64,000 nucleotides of DNA from Iphione sp. A-MEVVRFRX5 (taxonomy: Eukaryota). A program made the position numbers and the translations under genes. The DNA lies in the NCBI GenBank assembly GCA_976226885.1, contig OZ320313.1, forward strand, positions 63,798,001-63,862,000, read 5' to 3'. The notes beneath the pieces are model-generated. The model was not told the DNA's origin, did not search any database, and worked only from the letters and a program-made list of their open reading frames with translations. Shown here one piece after another: positions 1-9,937 of this stretch (position 1 is the first letter of the stretch; each line of letters starts with the position of its first letter).

Positions 1-880
1 TTGGTGGGGAGTTGATATTTTCTAATTTTGGGTGGATTACGCAGTCACACTGAATATTATTGTCAGGATACATGCTGCAGTCCCAGCCCTAATATTGATG
101 GAAAGACCTTGAACCAATCTCCCTCCAACAACAAGTTGTGCAGAAGCTTATGAGTGCTGCCAATGTCTCTAGAAGAAATTTCGACCAATATATGGACAAT
201 TATTATACTTCAGTCCCATTGTTTCAGCATCTAGGTAGCCTAGGCATCTATGCTTCTGGCACTTTCAGGTTGCATAGGAAACATCTTCCAAATCTGTTAT
301 GGTACATAATCCAGAGGTTCTAGCACAAGGTGGGGACATTACTTTCAAGAAATGTGATGATATGGTATTGTCTATATATGGAAAGATGGCAGGTCAGTTC
401 ATGTACTCCCCACAATACATGGTTCAGAGGAGGTAGACATCTCCAGGACAGTAAAGGTTTTAGAATCAGGAAATTCAAGAAGGTTAATATCAAATACGCA
501 GCAGCAATTAGTGACTACACTAAGTACATGGAAGGAGCTGATCTCACTGATCAATTCCTGTAGTACTATATTTTTGGGACAAAATCAAAGAAATGGCTCT
601 TGGAGATGTTTTTGAATGTTATCAGAAAATGCAGATAAAAGATTCCACTTGAAACCTGTCTCAGTGCCTTAATTTTCCTTTGTAATCCATGGTAAAAATA
701 TGCTCCATTGAATAAAACATGGATATTCCTATGTAATCGATATATTCCATTGATACTGACCATGTGCGTTTCCTTACAATACCGTAAACTTGAATGCAAA
801 TCAAGTTACCGTAATAAATGCCGATTCAGCATGTCTGAAGGTACCCACAGAAAACATATTTAAATCTTGTTTTACAATTC
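1..880 (+). mobile_element. Degenerate piggyBac-family transposase fragment (catalytic core and C-terminal part)
   Basis: Translations contain YMDNYYTSVPLF (piggyBac DNxYTS motif), GIYASGTFRLHRKHLP and DYTKYMEGADLTDQ..YY....KSKKW, with stops and frameshifts. No right TIR/TTAA was found. Confidence 0.8.
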
Positions 881-949
881 AGTATATGATAAAAACCAGC
901 TCGAATATTCCCAGCTGAATGGTATGTTGAACATCGCATTGTTGGTGTG

Positions 950-1780
950 TCAACCTCTAGTGATATATACTTTAAATACCGCTACTCCCCCTATAAGAAG
1001 TACGTCATAACACCTGCCTGCTGTCATTGGGTTTTTAATTGTTTCGTCAGAAACTTCCCATTTTGTAAAATTTATCTACTTTCCAACGGTTACCCTACTA
1101 CTAGGGAGAGAGAACCAGGTTGGACTCTTGTCCCATCAGGTATGGTTATCACTTTGAAATGGAAATTGAAATAGTTCATCCACTTCTCGGTGCAGCAAGT
1201 TCAATGAGTTCTTCCTGTCAATCAAACAGAAAGAAAGCAAACATAATTTGTTACAGTATAGTAAAAAATACGATATAAACACTCGTTGATATTATGTTAG
1301 AAACCATTTAGCAAGTTTTAGTCTCAGTAATTTGTAGCCCATTCTCTGAAGTATATGTTAACACGTCATTGATACCTCTTTGCAGTTTCCGTCTAGGTGC
1401 CAATTATGTATTTGTACAGATCGCTAGATCATCTACGTATAAGATTGACTGCGTTATCAGTTATGATTTTGGTAGAGAATTTAGTACCACCGCAAAGAAT
1501 AATGGCCCCATTAGGCTTTCCCTGTCAGATACACTTTCATTACACTTCATGTATTGTTGTCCATTCTCCAGATACACTCTTACCGATTCTATTCACATTC
1601 TATTCAGCCCAGCTTCCTTTAGGTACATTATGAAAACTTTTTATTAATTATATAAAACGCCTTTATTATGTAGAAAAAATGCTGTTGCAATATACCTGTT
1701 GTTGTCAATGGGACAATATACATCCTCTAGTAAGACCGAAATTGCGGTTCAGGTGCCTTTTTGTTTTATAAATCATGCTG

Positions 1781-1817
<37 letters not shown>

Positions 1818-2450
1818 TGTCAGCTTCTAGATAATTTTCCATTTGATCATGAAGCTATTTCTGTACAAATGTGCCCTTCATAGGTAAAGCCGCAGCTGGT
1901 CTATAGTTCCTTTTATCGTACGTGGCCTCTTTCTAAAATAGTTGTGTTATTCTAGCTATCTTCCAGTTATTTAGGAATTTGTCTTAAATCAATAATCCAT
2001 TTACTGTATCTCCAATAGGCTTGAGACATATTAGCAAAGGATCCCTCTGTACCACTGATGGTACGGACTCATATCACTTGGTTTTCTTATATTTAATTTT
2101 ATAATAACATTACGAATGATTTAGAATGACACTGGCCTCATTTCCTATTCTTCAAACCAGACATCCGAGTCACATAAATTGTCATGGGAAGTCAGTTGTT
2201 CAGCATGTTCTATGAAATGCTCATTTAGCACATGAGACGCTCTATCCCCGTCTATCCACTCATTATTTTCTTTCAATTTTCTTTCCACATCACCTGCTTT
2301 CTTTCCCAGTACTAGGGTATTTAAGCATTTTCAATAGTCCTTATTCGAACTGCAGGCATTTAGACATCTAGTAACATATTTCTGTTATGCTATCTTCAAC
2401 TTCTGCACTCGCATCTTCAATGGAGGTCATATCTGCTGCAAGCAGTGTAG
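950..2450 (-). mobile_element. CR1/L2-type LINE relic, reverse transcriptase region
   Basis: Minus-strand fragments occur in the expected order: NWKIARIT (~1960), RNYRPAAALP..LHDQMENYLE (~1900-1820), FFYIIKAF (~1670), YLENGQQYMKCN..SLMGPLFFAVVLNSLP..SILYVDDLAI (~1580-1420) and NGLQITETKT (~1340). Many stops. Confidence 0.7.
1784..1813. repeat. (TA)n microsatellite
   Basis: Pure TA run of ~15 units inside the LINE relic. Confidence 0.95.
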
Positions 2451-2689
2451 TTCAGCAGATAGGATGACCTCCATTATATGCAGCCACTCAAACCAGAAAA
2501 AGGGGGAGGAGCCTGTTCTTTGATGTTAGAGCCAAATTGGAGGCTGAGCCTCCAGTACCACTTTATCTGAAGTCCTATGGGAATCCCTATGTTGGTAGTA
2601 GATCTTCTTTTTCTTTCAAGTTGAGTCTGGGTGGGAGGAGGCCTGAGCTAGAGGGAATCAGATAAAAGTGATTGACAGGTCCTCAGGTC

Positions 2690-3190
2690 CTGCTGTATGG
2701 CCAGAAGGACGAGTGTGTACCGGCCAGAAGGACTTGTGCTCGCCAGCCCGGCCGCCCCCGCCCTCCGGCCCGGCCGCCACCGCCCACCGGCCTGGCCGCC
2801 CCCGCCCACCGGCCCGGCCGCCGAGGGGAGGGTGTCTTATCACAAAGAAATCAGGTGGGGACGCTCAACCCCCCTCCCGTCAGCTCAGGATGACCGCGAA
2901 TAGGCCAGGGGGGACGGGGTGGCCGGCCACCCGCCCCCGCTCGGCGCCACGGCCGCGGCCTCCCTTCCCGGCCGGCCCGCCCGCCCTCGGTCGCCGGCCG
3001 ACCGCCCTCGGTCGCCGGCCGGCCGCCCTCGCTCACCGGCCCGCCCGCCCTTGCTCGCCGGCCGGCCATCCTCGCTCGCCGGCCCGCCCGCCCTCGCTCG
3101 CCGGCCGGCCGCCCTCGCTCACCGGCCCAGCCTACCGAGGGGAGGGGGTCTCCTCCTCCTCCTCCTCCTCCTCCTCCTCCTCCTCCTCCT
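2690..3190. repeat. GC-rich degenerate microsatellite block (CCGN/CCCTCGCTCG motifs) ending in (TCC)n
   Basis: Repeated ccgcccgccc, ccggccggcc and gccctcgctcgccgg motifs, then a ~13-unit TCC run at 3151-3190 that abuts the 123-bp array. Confidence 0.85.
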
Positions 3191-5750
3191 CTGGATTTTG
3201 GTCAAAGTCCCATCCTTCTATGTGCAATTTTTACCAAGTTATCACAGTTTTTCTCTTTACCCACCTCTTGAATGGGTCACCTGTTACCGCCTCTATCACC
3301 TGTGTCATTTGGTTGGTAGCAATTGGTCAAAGTCCCATACTTCTATGTACAATAGTTTCCAAGTTATTCCAGTATTTCTCTTTACCCACCTTTTAATTCG
3401 GTCACCTGTTGCCACCTCTATCACCTGCATCATTTGGTCGGTGGCATTTTGGTCATAGTCCCATCCTTCTATGTACAATAGTTTCCAAGTTATTGTAGTA
3501 TTTCTCTTTACCCACCTTTTAATTTGGTCACCTGTTGCCACCTCTATCACCTGCATCATTTGGTCGGTGGCATTTTGGTCATAGTCCCATCCTTCTATGT
3601 ACAATAGTTTCCAAGTTATTGTAGTATTTCTCTTTACCCACCTTTTAATTTGGTCACCTGTTGCCACCTCTATCACCTGCGTCATTTGGTCGGTGGCATT
3701 TTGGTCAAAGTGCCATCCTTCTATGTACAATAGTTTCCAAGTTATTCCAGTTTTTTTCTTTACCCACCTTTTAATTGGTCACCTGTTGCTGTCTCTATCA
3801 CCTGCGTCATTTGGTCGGTGGCATTTTGGTCAAAGTCCCATCCTTCTTTGTACAATCATTTCCAAGTTATTGCACTTTTTCTCTCTACCCACCTCTCCAC
3901 TGGGTCACCTGATGCCGTCTTTATGACCTGCATCATTTGGTCGGTAGTAATTTGGTCAAAGTCCCATCCTTCTTTGTACAATAGTTTCCAAGTTATCACA
4001 GTTTTTCTCTTTAACCCCTTTTTTACTCGGTCACCCATTGTAGATTTTCTCTTTATCCACCTTTTTACTAGGTCACCTGTTGTCGCCTCTATCACCTGCG
4101 TCATTAGGTTGCTAGCATTTTGGTCATAGTCCCATCCTTCTATATGCAATAGTTTCCAAGTTATTGTAGTTTTTCTCTTTACCCACATTTTTATTAGGGC
4201 ACCTGTTGCCGCCTCTGTCACCTGCATCATTTGGTCCATGGCATTTTGGTCAAAGTCCCATCCTTCTATGTACAATAGTTTCCAAGTTAATGCAGTTTTT
4301 CTCTTGACCCCCCTTTGAATTAAGTCACCTGTTGCCGCCTCTATCACCTGCGTCATTTGCTTGGTGGCATTTTGGTCAAAGTACCATCCTTCTATGTACA
4401 ATAATTTCCAAGTTTTTGCACTTTTTCTCTTTACCCACCTCTCCACTGGGTCACCTGATGCCGTCTTTCTGACTTGTGTCATTTGGTTGGTAGCAATTTG
4501 GTCAAAGTCCCATCCTTCTATGTACAATAGTTTCCAAGTTATTGTAGTTTTTCTCTTTACCCACTTTTTTTACTAAGTCACCTGTTGCCGCCTCTGTCAC
4601 CTGCGTCATTTGGTTGGTGGCATTTTGATCAAAGTCCCATCCTTCTATGTACAATAGTTTCCAAGTTTTTGTAGTTTTTGTCTTTACCCCCATTTTACTT
4701 GGTCACCCATGGTAGTTTTTCTCTTTACCCACCTTTTTACTAGGTCACCTGTTGTCGCCTCTATCACCTGCGTCATTTGGTCGGTGGCATTTTGGTCATA
4801 GTCCCATCCTTCTATGTGCAATAGTTTCCAAGTGATTGTAGTTTTTCTCTTTGCCCACGTTTTTATTAGGGCACCTGTTGCTGCCTCTATCACCTGCATC
4901 ATTTGGTCCGTGGCATTTTGGTCAAAGTCCCATCCTTCTATGTACAATAGTTTCCAAGTTAATGCAGTTTTTCTCTTGACCCCCTTTTAATTAAGTCACC
5001 TGTTGCCGCCTCTATCACCTGCGTCATTTGCTTGGTGGCATTTTGGTCAAAGTATCATCCTTCTATGTACAATAATTTCCAAGTTATTGCACTTTTTCTC
5101 TTTACCCACCTCTCCACTGGGTCACCTGATGCCATCTTTATGACTTGTGTCATTTGGTTGGTAGCCATTTGGTCAAAGTCCCATCTTTCTATGTACAACA
5201 GTTTCCAAGTTATTGTAGGTTTTCTCTTTACCCACCTTTTTACTAGGTCACCTGTTGCTGCCTCTGTCACCTGTGTCATTTGGTCGGTGGCATTTGGGCA
5301 AAGTCCGATCCCTCTATGTACAATAGTTTCCAAGTTATTCCAGTATTTCTTTTTACCCACCTTTTAATTAGGTGACCTGTTGCTGCCTCTATCACCTGCG
5401 TCATTTGGTCGGTGGCATTTTGGTCAAAGTCCGATCCTTGTATGTACAATAGTTTCCAAGTTATTGTAGTTTTTCTCTTTACCCACCTTTTTACTAGGTC
5501 ACCTGTTGCTGCCGCTGTCACCTGCGTCATTTGGTCGGTGGCATTTTGGTCAAAGTCCGATCCCTCTATGTACAATAGATTCTAAGTTATTCCAGTTTTT
5601 CTCTTTACCCACCTTTTAAATAGGTCACCTGTTGCCGCTTCTATCACCTGCGTCATTAGGTCGATGGCAATTTGGTCAAAGTCCCATCCTTTTATGTATA
5701 AGTTTCCAAGTATCGCAGTTTTTTCTCTTTACTCACTTTTTGACTGGGTC
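3191..5750 (+). repeat. Tandem array of ~20 copies of a ~123-bp unit (satellite, probably Helentron/HINE-associated)
   Basis: Unit consensus ttttggtcaaagtcccatccttctatgtacaatagtttccaagttattgtagtttttctctttacccacctttt..ggtcacctgttgccgcctctatcacctgcgtcatttggtcggtggca recurs about every 123 bp, with variant units. Confidence 0.95.
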
Positions 5751-6067
5751 ACTATCTTCGTACTCTCTAATATGTTCTCACTCACAGTCATGTTGTCATT
5801 CTTATTCCTGTTCTGTTCATGCTCTTTCTGACATTCATGTTCTCACTCTTATTCTTAATTATGTCTTACTGACACACATACTCTCACACACACACACTCT
5901 GTTATATTCTCACTCACATTCATACTCTCATGAGTAGGAGTAGGAGTGAGAACATGTGTGAGAACATGACTATCAGTGAGTACATGAGTGAGATTATGAA
6001 TGAGACCATAAGTGTCAGTGAGAACATAAAGGGAGCACAGCTGTTTATGAGAGCATCAATATGGGCC

Positions 6068-6760
6068 AGAATATAACAGAGTATGAGTGTGAGAGTATTA
6101 GTGTGAGTAAGAACATAATTAAGAATAAGAGTGAGAACATGAATGTCAGTAAGAACATGAAGAGAACAGGAATAAGAATGACAATATGGCTGTGAGTGAG
6201 AACATATTAGAGAGTATGAAGATAGTGACCTAGTCGAAAAGTGAGTAAAGAGACAAAACTGTGATACTTGGAAACTTGTACATAGAAGGATGGGACTTTG
6301 ACCAAATTCCCACAGGTGACCTAATTAAAAGGTGGGTAAAGAGAAAAACTGGAATAACTTAGAAACTATTGTACATAGAGGGATCGGACTTTGAACAAAA
6401 TGCCACCGACCAAATGATGCAGGTGACAGAGGCGGCAACAGGTGACCTAGTAAAAAGTGGGTAAAGAGAAAACCTACAATAACTTGGAAACTATTGTACA
6501 TAGAAGGATGGGACTTTGACCAAATTGCTGCCAACCAAATGACACAGGTAATACAGGCGGCAACAGATGACCTAGTAAAAAGGCAGGTAAAGAGAAAAAC
6601 TACAGTAATTTAAAAACTATTATACATAGAAGGATAAGACTTCCACCAAAATGCTCTGGGTCAATGGACATAGGTGATAAGGGTGGTCAGGGTAACCCAG
6701 TTTATGCATGTGTAAAGAGAAAAACTACAACAATTTGGCAACTATTTATTCACATGTACC
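6068..6760 (-). repeat. Inverted partial copy of the array end (unique spacer plus ~4 units)
   Basis: 6068-6275 is the reverse complement of ~5700-5905. It is followed by reverse-oriented 123-bp units that share diagnostic variants with the last left-hand units. Confidence 0.9.
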
Positions 6761-6779
6761 ATTTCAACATTATAGAGGA

Positions 6780-7060
6780 AGAATATGACCTCCATTTGCA
6801 GCCCTGGCTGCATCTGTTACTTGTACAGAACTTCGAAATTCATACATCATCAATGTTTCTTGTGTTTCTAAAAGCCAAGGCGAAAGAGTCCCTATTCACC
6901 ATAGCTTCATATGTTTCAGGGGTTATCCAACTATTACCCATTTTTTCTATTTCTTTTCATGGGACATAGGTCATCTACTGCCTCTTATATATCTTACTGC
7001 AAACAATCCCACTTCGGCTCAGCATTTTCACTAATGTACACCAAATAGTCCTCAAGTTTA
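6780..7060 (-). mobile_element. LINE relic, linker between endonuclease and RT
   Basis: Minus-strand EAVDDLCPMK..NSWITPETYEAMVNRD resembles the P.K...PWIT.E....M..RD linker of CR1/L2 ORF2. Confidence 0.5.
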
Positions 7061-7127
7061 TCTTATAACTGTACCTAGACCATGCTATAAAACTAAACCT
7101 ACACCACACTATACCTTTACATGTATA

Positions 7128-7470
7128 TTTTCATCTAGCTTTATCCAGGAACTAGATATTCAGTTATCATTTAAGTTGTTCTTCCATATCCTTCTGGGGT
7201 AGCATACCACCATCTATTATTGAGAACTGAGAGGCCAGAATACCTGGGGTTGTCTCCTACTCTTATTTTGAATAGGTTTCTTGTTTTTTTGTACATAGAA
7301 GACAGAATACTATACATCCACAGCCTTTTTAATGAGTTGTGGACCATTCTGGGTTGAGGCTACAGTAAATCTTGCTGGACATGATCCAGAGTCCCAGGCC
7401 CGGGTTTGACATCTCAATCAGTGAACCAGTGCCAGCCAGCACTCTTACCAACTGAGTTATCTCCTCTCCC
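7128..7470 (-). mobile_element. tRNA-derived SINE with Deu/Nin-like core (copy 1, full length)
   Basis: Minus strand has an A-box-like head (ataactcagttggtaagagtgctg), the core aaacctattcaaaataagagtaggagacaaccccagg and a tail. It aligns along its length with the copies at 15505 and 53422. Confidence 0.8.
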
Positions 7471-7607
7471 CTAATCAAATATTTCCTTTCTCTCATTTTA
7501 TTTCCTTTGAAGATACAGTTATGGTCACTGGCATGTATTTACATGGTATCTACCTTTGCATACTTTGATGAATATCAAGTCAATGCCCACTTTACTAGTT
7601 TTGTGAA

Positions 7608-7925
7608 TTACAGTAAGCTCAGTAACATACTGTGACATTTTCTGCAGCAGGTTTCTAACCCTGTTTTTTTTAACCCAGTACTCCAGTCCACATTGAAATC
7701 ATCTCCTAGTACAATATAAATATTCCCTTCTTTTCTCACCTCAGCCGAACAATCAATAATACAATCACATATGTGGGCGGTTTTACCTGTTGGTGGGCAG
7801 TAGATAGAACCAACAATTAATGGTCTGCGATATGGAGACAGTACCCTAAGTGACACTCCTTCATAGTCGAAAGTCACACGATTTAACCTCAAAAATATCT
7901 TCAGAAGTAACTGAATTACCAACAT
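7608..7925 (-). mobile_element. APE-type endonuclease fragment of a non-LTR retrotransposon
   Basis: Translation includes LIVGSIYCPP and IVLGDDFNVDW (YRPP and GDFN motifs). Confidence 0.7.
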
Positions 7926-8147
7926 TCGTTATGAAGCCCACTCCTTTCAGCATATTTAATGCAGACCTATCTCGTCTAAAATAATATAGCCTGTAATATC
8001 CATGTATTTGCAGGTTATTTCTTTTTTCAGCGAAGTCTCCGTGAGGCTACAAATAAATGGATTATCATGAAAATTAGTTTTGTAACATCTATCTTTGGCA
8101 AGAGACTTGTAATGTTCAAACGATGAAGCCTCTCTCTTTAGTATTAG

Positions 8148-8230
8148 TACAGTGAAACCTCTCTACAACAGGCATCAATTAGACTGTGGTCAAAGTGTCC
8201 ATTGTCGAGAGTGTCCGCTGTGTCTGAGCT
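8148..8230. mobile_element. Partial pogo/Tc1-like MITE end
   Basis: TA|cagtgaaacctctctacaacag...gtcaaagtgtcc. It is similar to 38640-38720 and to the ends of the element at 48257-48764. Confidence 0.45.
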
Positions 8231-8399
8231 ACCCCTTCTCCTCTCTTTCTATCATGTAGAGTGACGAGAGGCCTCCTGCAGGGTGTCTGGGCAAGCTTGT
8301 GCCTCTCCCAGGTGTGGGGACTCATCAAAGGAGTGGACGAGAGGCCTTCTCCAGGGTGTCAGGATATACCCCTGTCCTCAGGCATCCTCCTGTTGCCCT

Positions 8400-8610
8400 C
8401 AGAAGTACTCACACTTTGTCAGGCCCTCCCCCTTATCCCTGTCCTCCTGTCCCTCAGAGAAGTCTCCACACCTCTCCAGGTGCTCCCTCTATAGCTGGCC
8501 ATCCTGCTGTCACTCAGAGAAGTCTCCACACCTCTCCAGGTGCTCCCTCTATAGCTGGCCATCCTGCTGTCACTCAGAGAAGTCTCCACACCTCTCCAAG
8601 TGCTATTCAT
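8400..8610. repeat. 60-bp tandem repeat (about 3 copies)
   Basis: The unit gtcactcagagaagtctccacacctctccaggtgctccctctatagctggccatcctgct is repeated almost exactly. Diverged relatives occur in opposite orientation at 37470-37880. Confidence 0.85.
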
Positions 8611-9757
8611 GTCTACCTTTGAAAAAGTCTTCTAAAGCCTTTCTGCAGCCCCAAATTCATGTGACAACACCTGGTCCAGGGTGGTGTCTGCTATAGATTA
8701 GGTGAAATGGGGGTTTGGGATGGAAAAACAAGTGTCCAGAGGTGGGTGTCCGCTGGCTCTGAGTGTCAGCTGTGTCCGAGCAATGATAAACATGATTTAT
8801 ATTGTTTTCATTTGGGACTACCCATCTGGCGTCCGTTGTAGGCGTCTGTTGTCAGGGTCTGCACTGTATATAGTAGCTGCTAGGTTGGTGTAAACAAATG
8901 TTAAGATCACCAGCCAGTGGGTAAGCAGAATGATCTGTGTAGGAAACCCTTCACCATACAAATACGGTCAGGAGACTTCATAACCAAATCACACTTCCTG
9001 TGTTCTCTTCGTTGCCATGCCGCATAGCAAATACGAATATGCTAATCAAGTGCAGTGTTCCTTTAAAAGCACATCTCCTCTCATATTACGCTATACATGT
9101 ATATATATATGTCACTAAATACTACCTCTAACAATTAGAGGGAGGAACTAATTACTATTGAATCAAAATATTATCCGATCAGAGTTTGCATAACGTAATG
9201 AAATTAGATAGAGGCAAGTCACCAGTCCATTAGCAGAGCACTAGTCTCAAAATTATTCCTCTTTTGTACACTTATTGAATCCTTTTGAAGGGTTATATAA
9301 CTTACATTTTAAATTATGTTGGATGTGTATGCTAAATCTTTGTATAACATGTATTTTTATAACTGTTTCCATAGAATGGCGCATGTCGTTTGATGTCAGT
9401 TATATTGTTGTTATATCAGCTAAAACACAATATTTGATATAATCGTACGCGCTCATATCATAGCACTATGCTTTGTTAGGAAAGCTTTGTGTGATTGTAT
9501 GCCGCATGTTGTAACTTAATGTACAGCTTATGGGATTGGATTTAACAGCACGTCCTAAGTTTTAATATTGCATCTCACACAGATGCTTGATATAATTGCA
9601 CCAATGCATTGCATAGGATGCAGCTGATGTTTTTTACTCTCACAGCATATGTGATGGTGCTGTTAATTTTGTTCATTTGCTGCTAGTAATCCACCATATG
9701 ATGTTAATTTATCGGCTTTTTCACATAATCACACGAATTCAGCAACTTGTAACAATA

Positions 9758-9937
9758 CAGTCGAACGCCTATTTACCACCACTCCTCCAGTCCAAGCTCA
9801 AATGGTCGTAATCGCAAGAACAGTCGGAAATTGGTAATGCTTAAAATAGCAATCAATATCCCTCTGGTCTGATCTCAAGTAGTTGTATTAGCATGAATGG
9901 TCGCAAATTGGTGCAGCCGCAAATAGGCATTCGACTC
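9758..9937. mobile_element. pogo/Tc1-like MITE, 180 bp
   Basis: TIRs cagtcgaacgcctattt and aaataggcattcgactc (15 of 17 match), flanked by TA at 9756-9757 and 9938-9939. Confidence 0.8.

Noticed and set aside
2668-3458. Long Pro/Arg/Ala-rich ORFs (242 aa, 179 aa)
   Set aside because: They are open only because the GC-rich microsatellite lacks stop codons.
3305-5575. 41-aa repeat ORFs on both strands (WKLLYIEGWDFDQNATDQMTQV... and VAFWSKSHPSMYNSFQV...)
   Set aside because: These are by-products of a 123-bp (3n) satellite unit. The frames shift repeatedly along the array, both strands are open, and there are no splice or start signals or recognisable domain.
3191-5750. CRISPR-like array
   Set aside because: The units are contiguous full-length repeats without unique spacers, there are no cas genes, and the context is eukaryotic.
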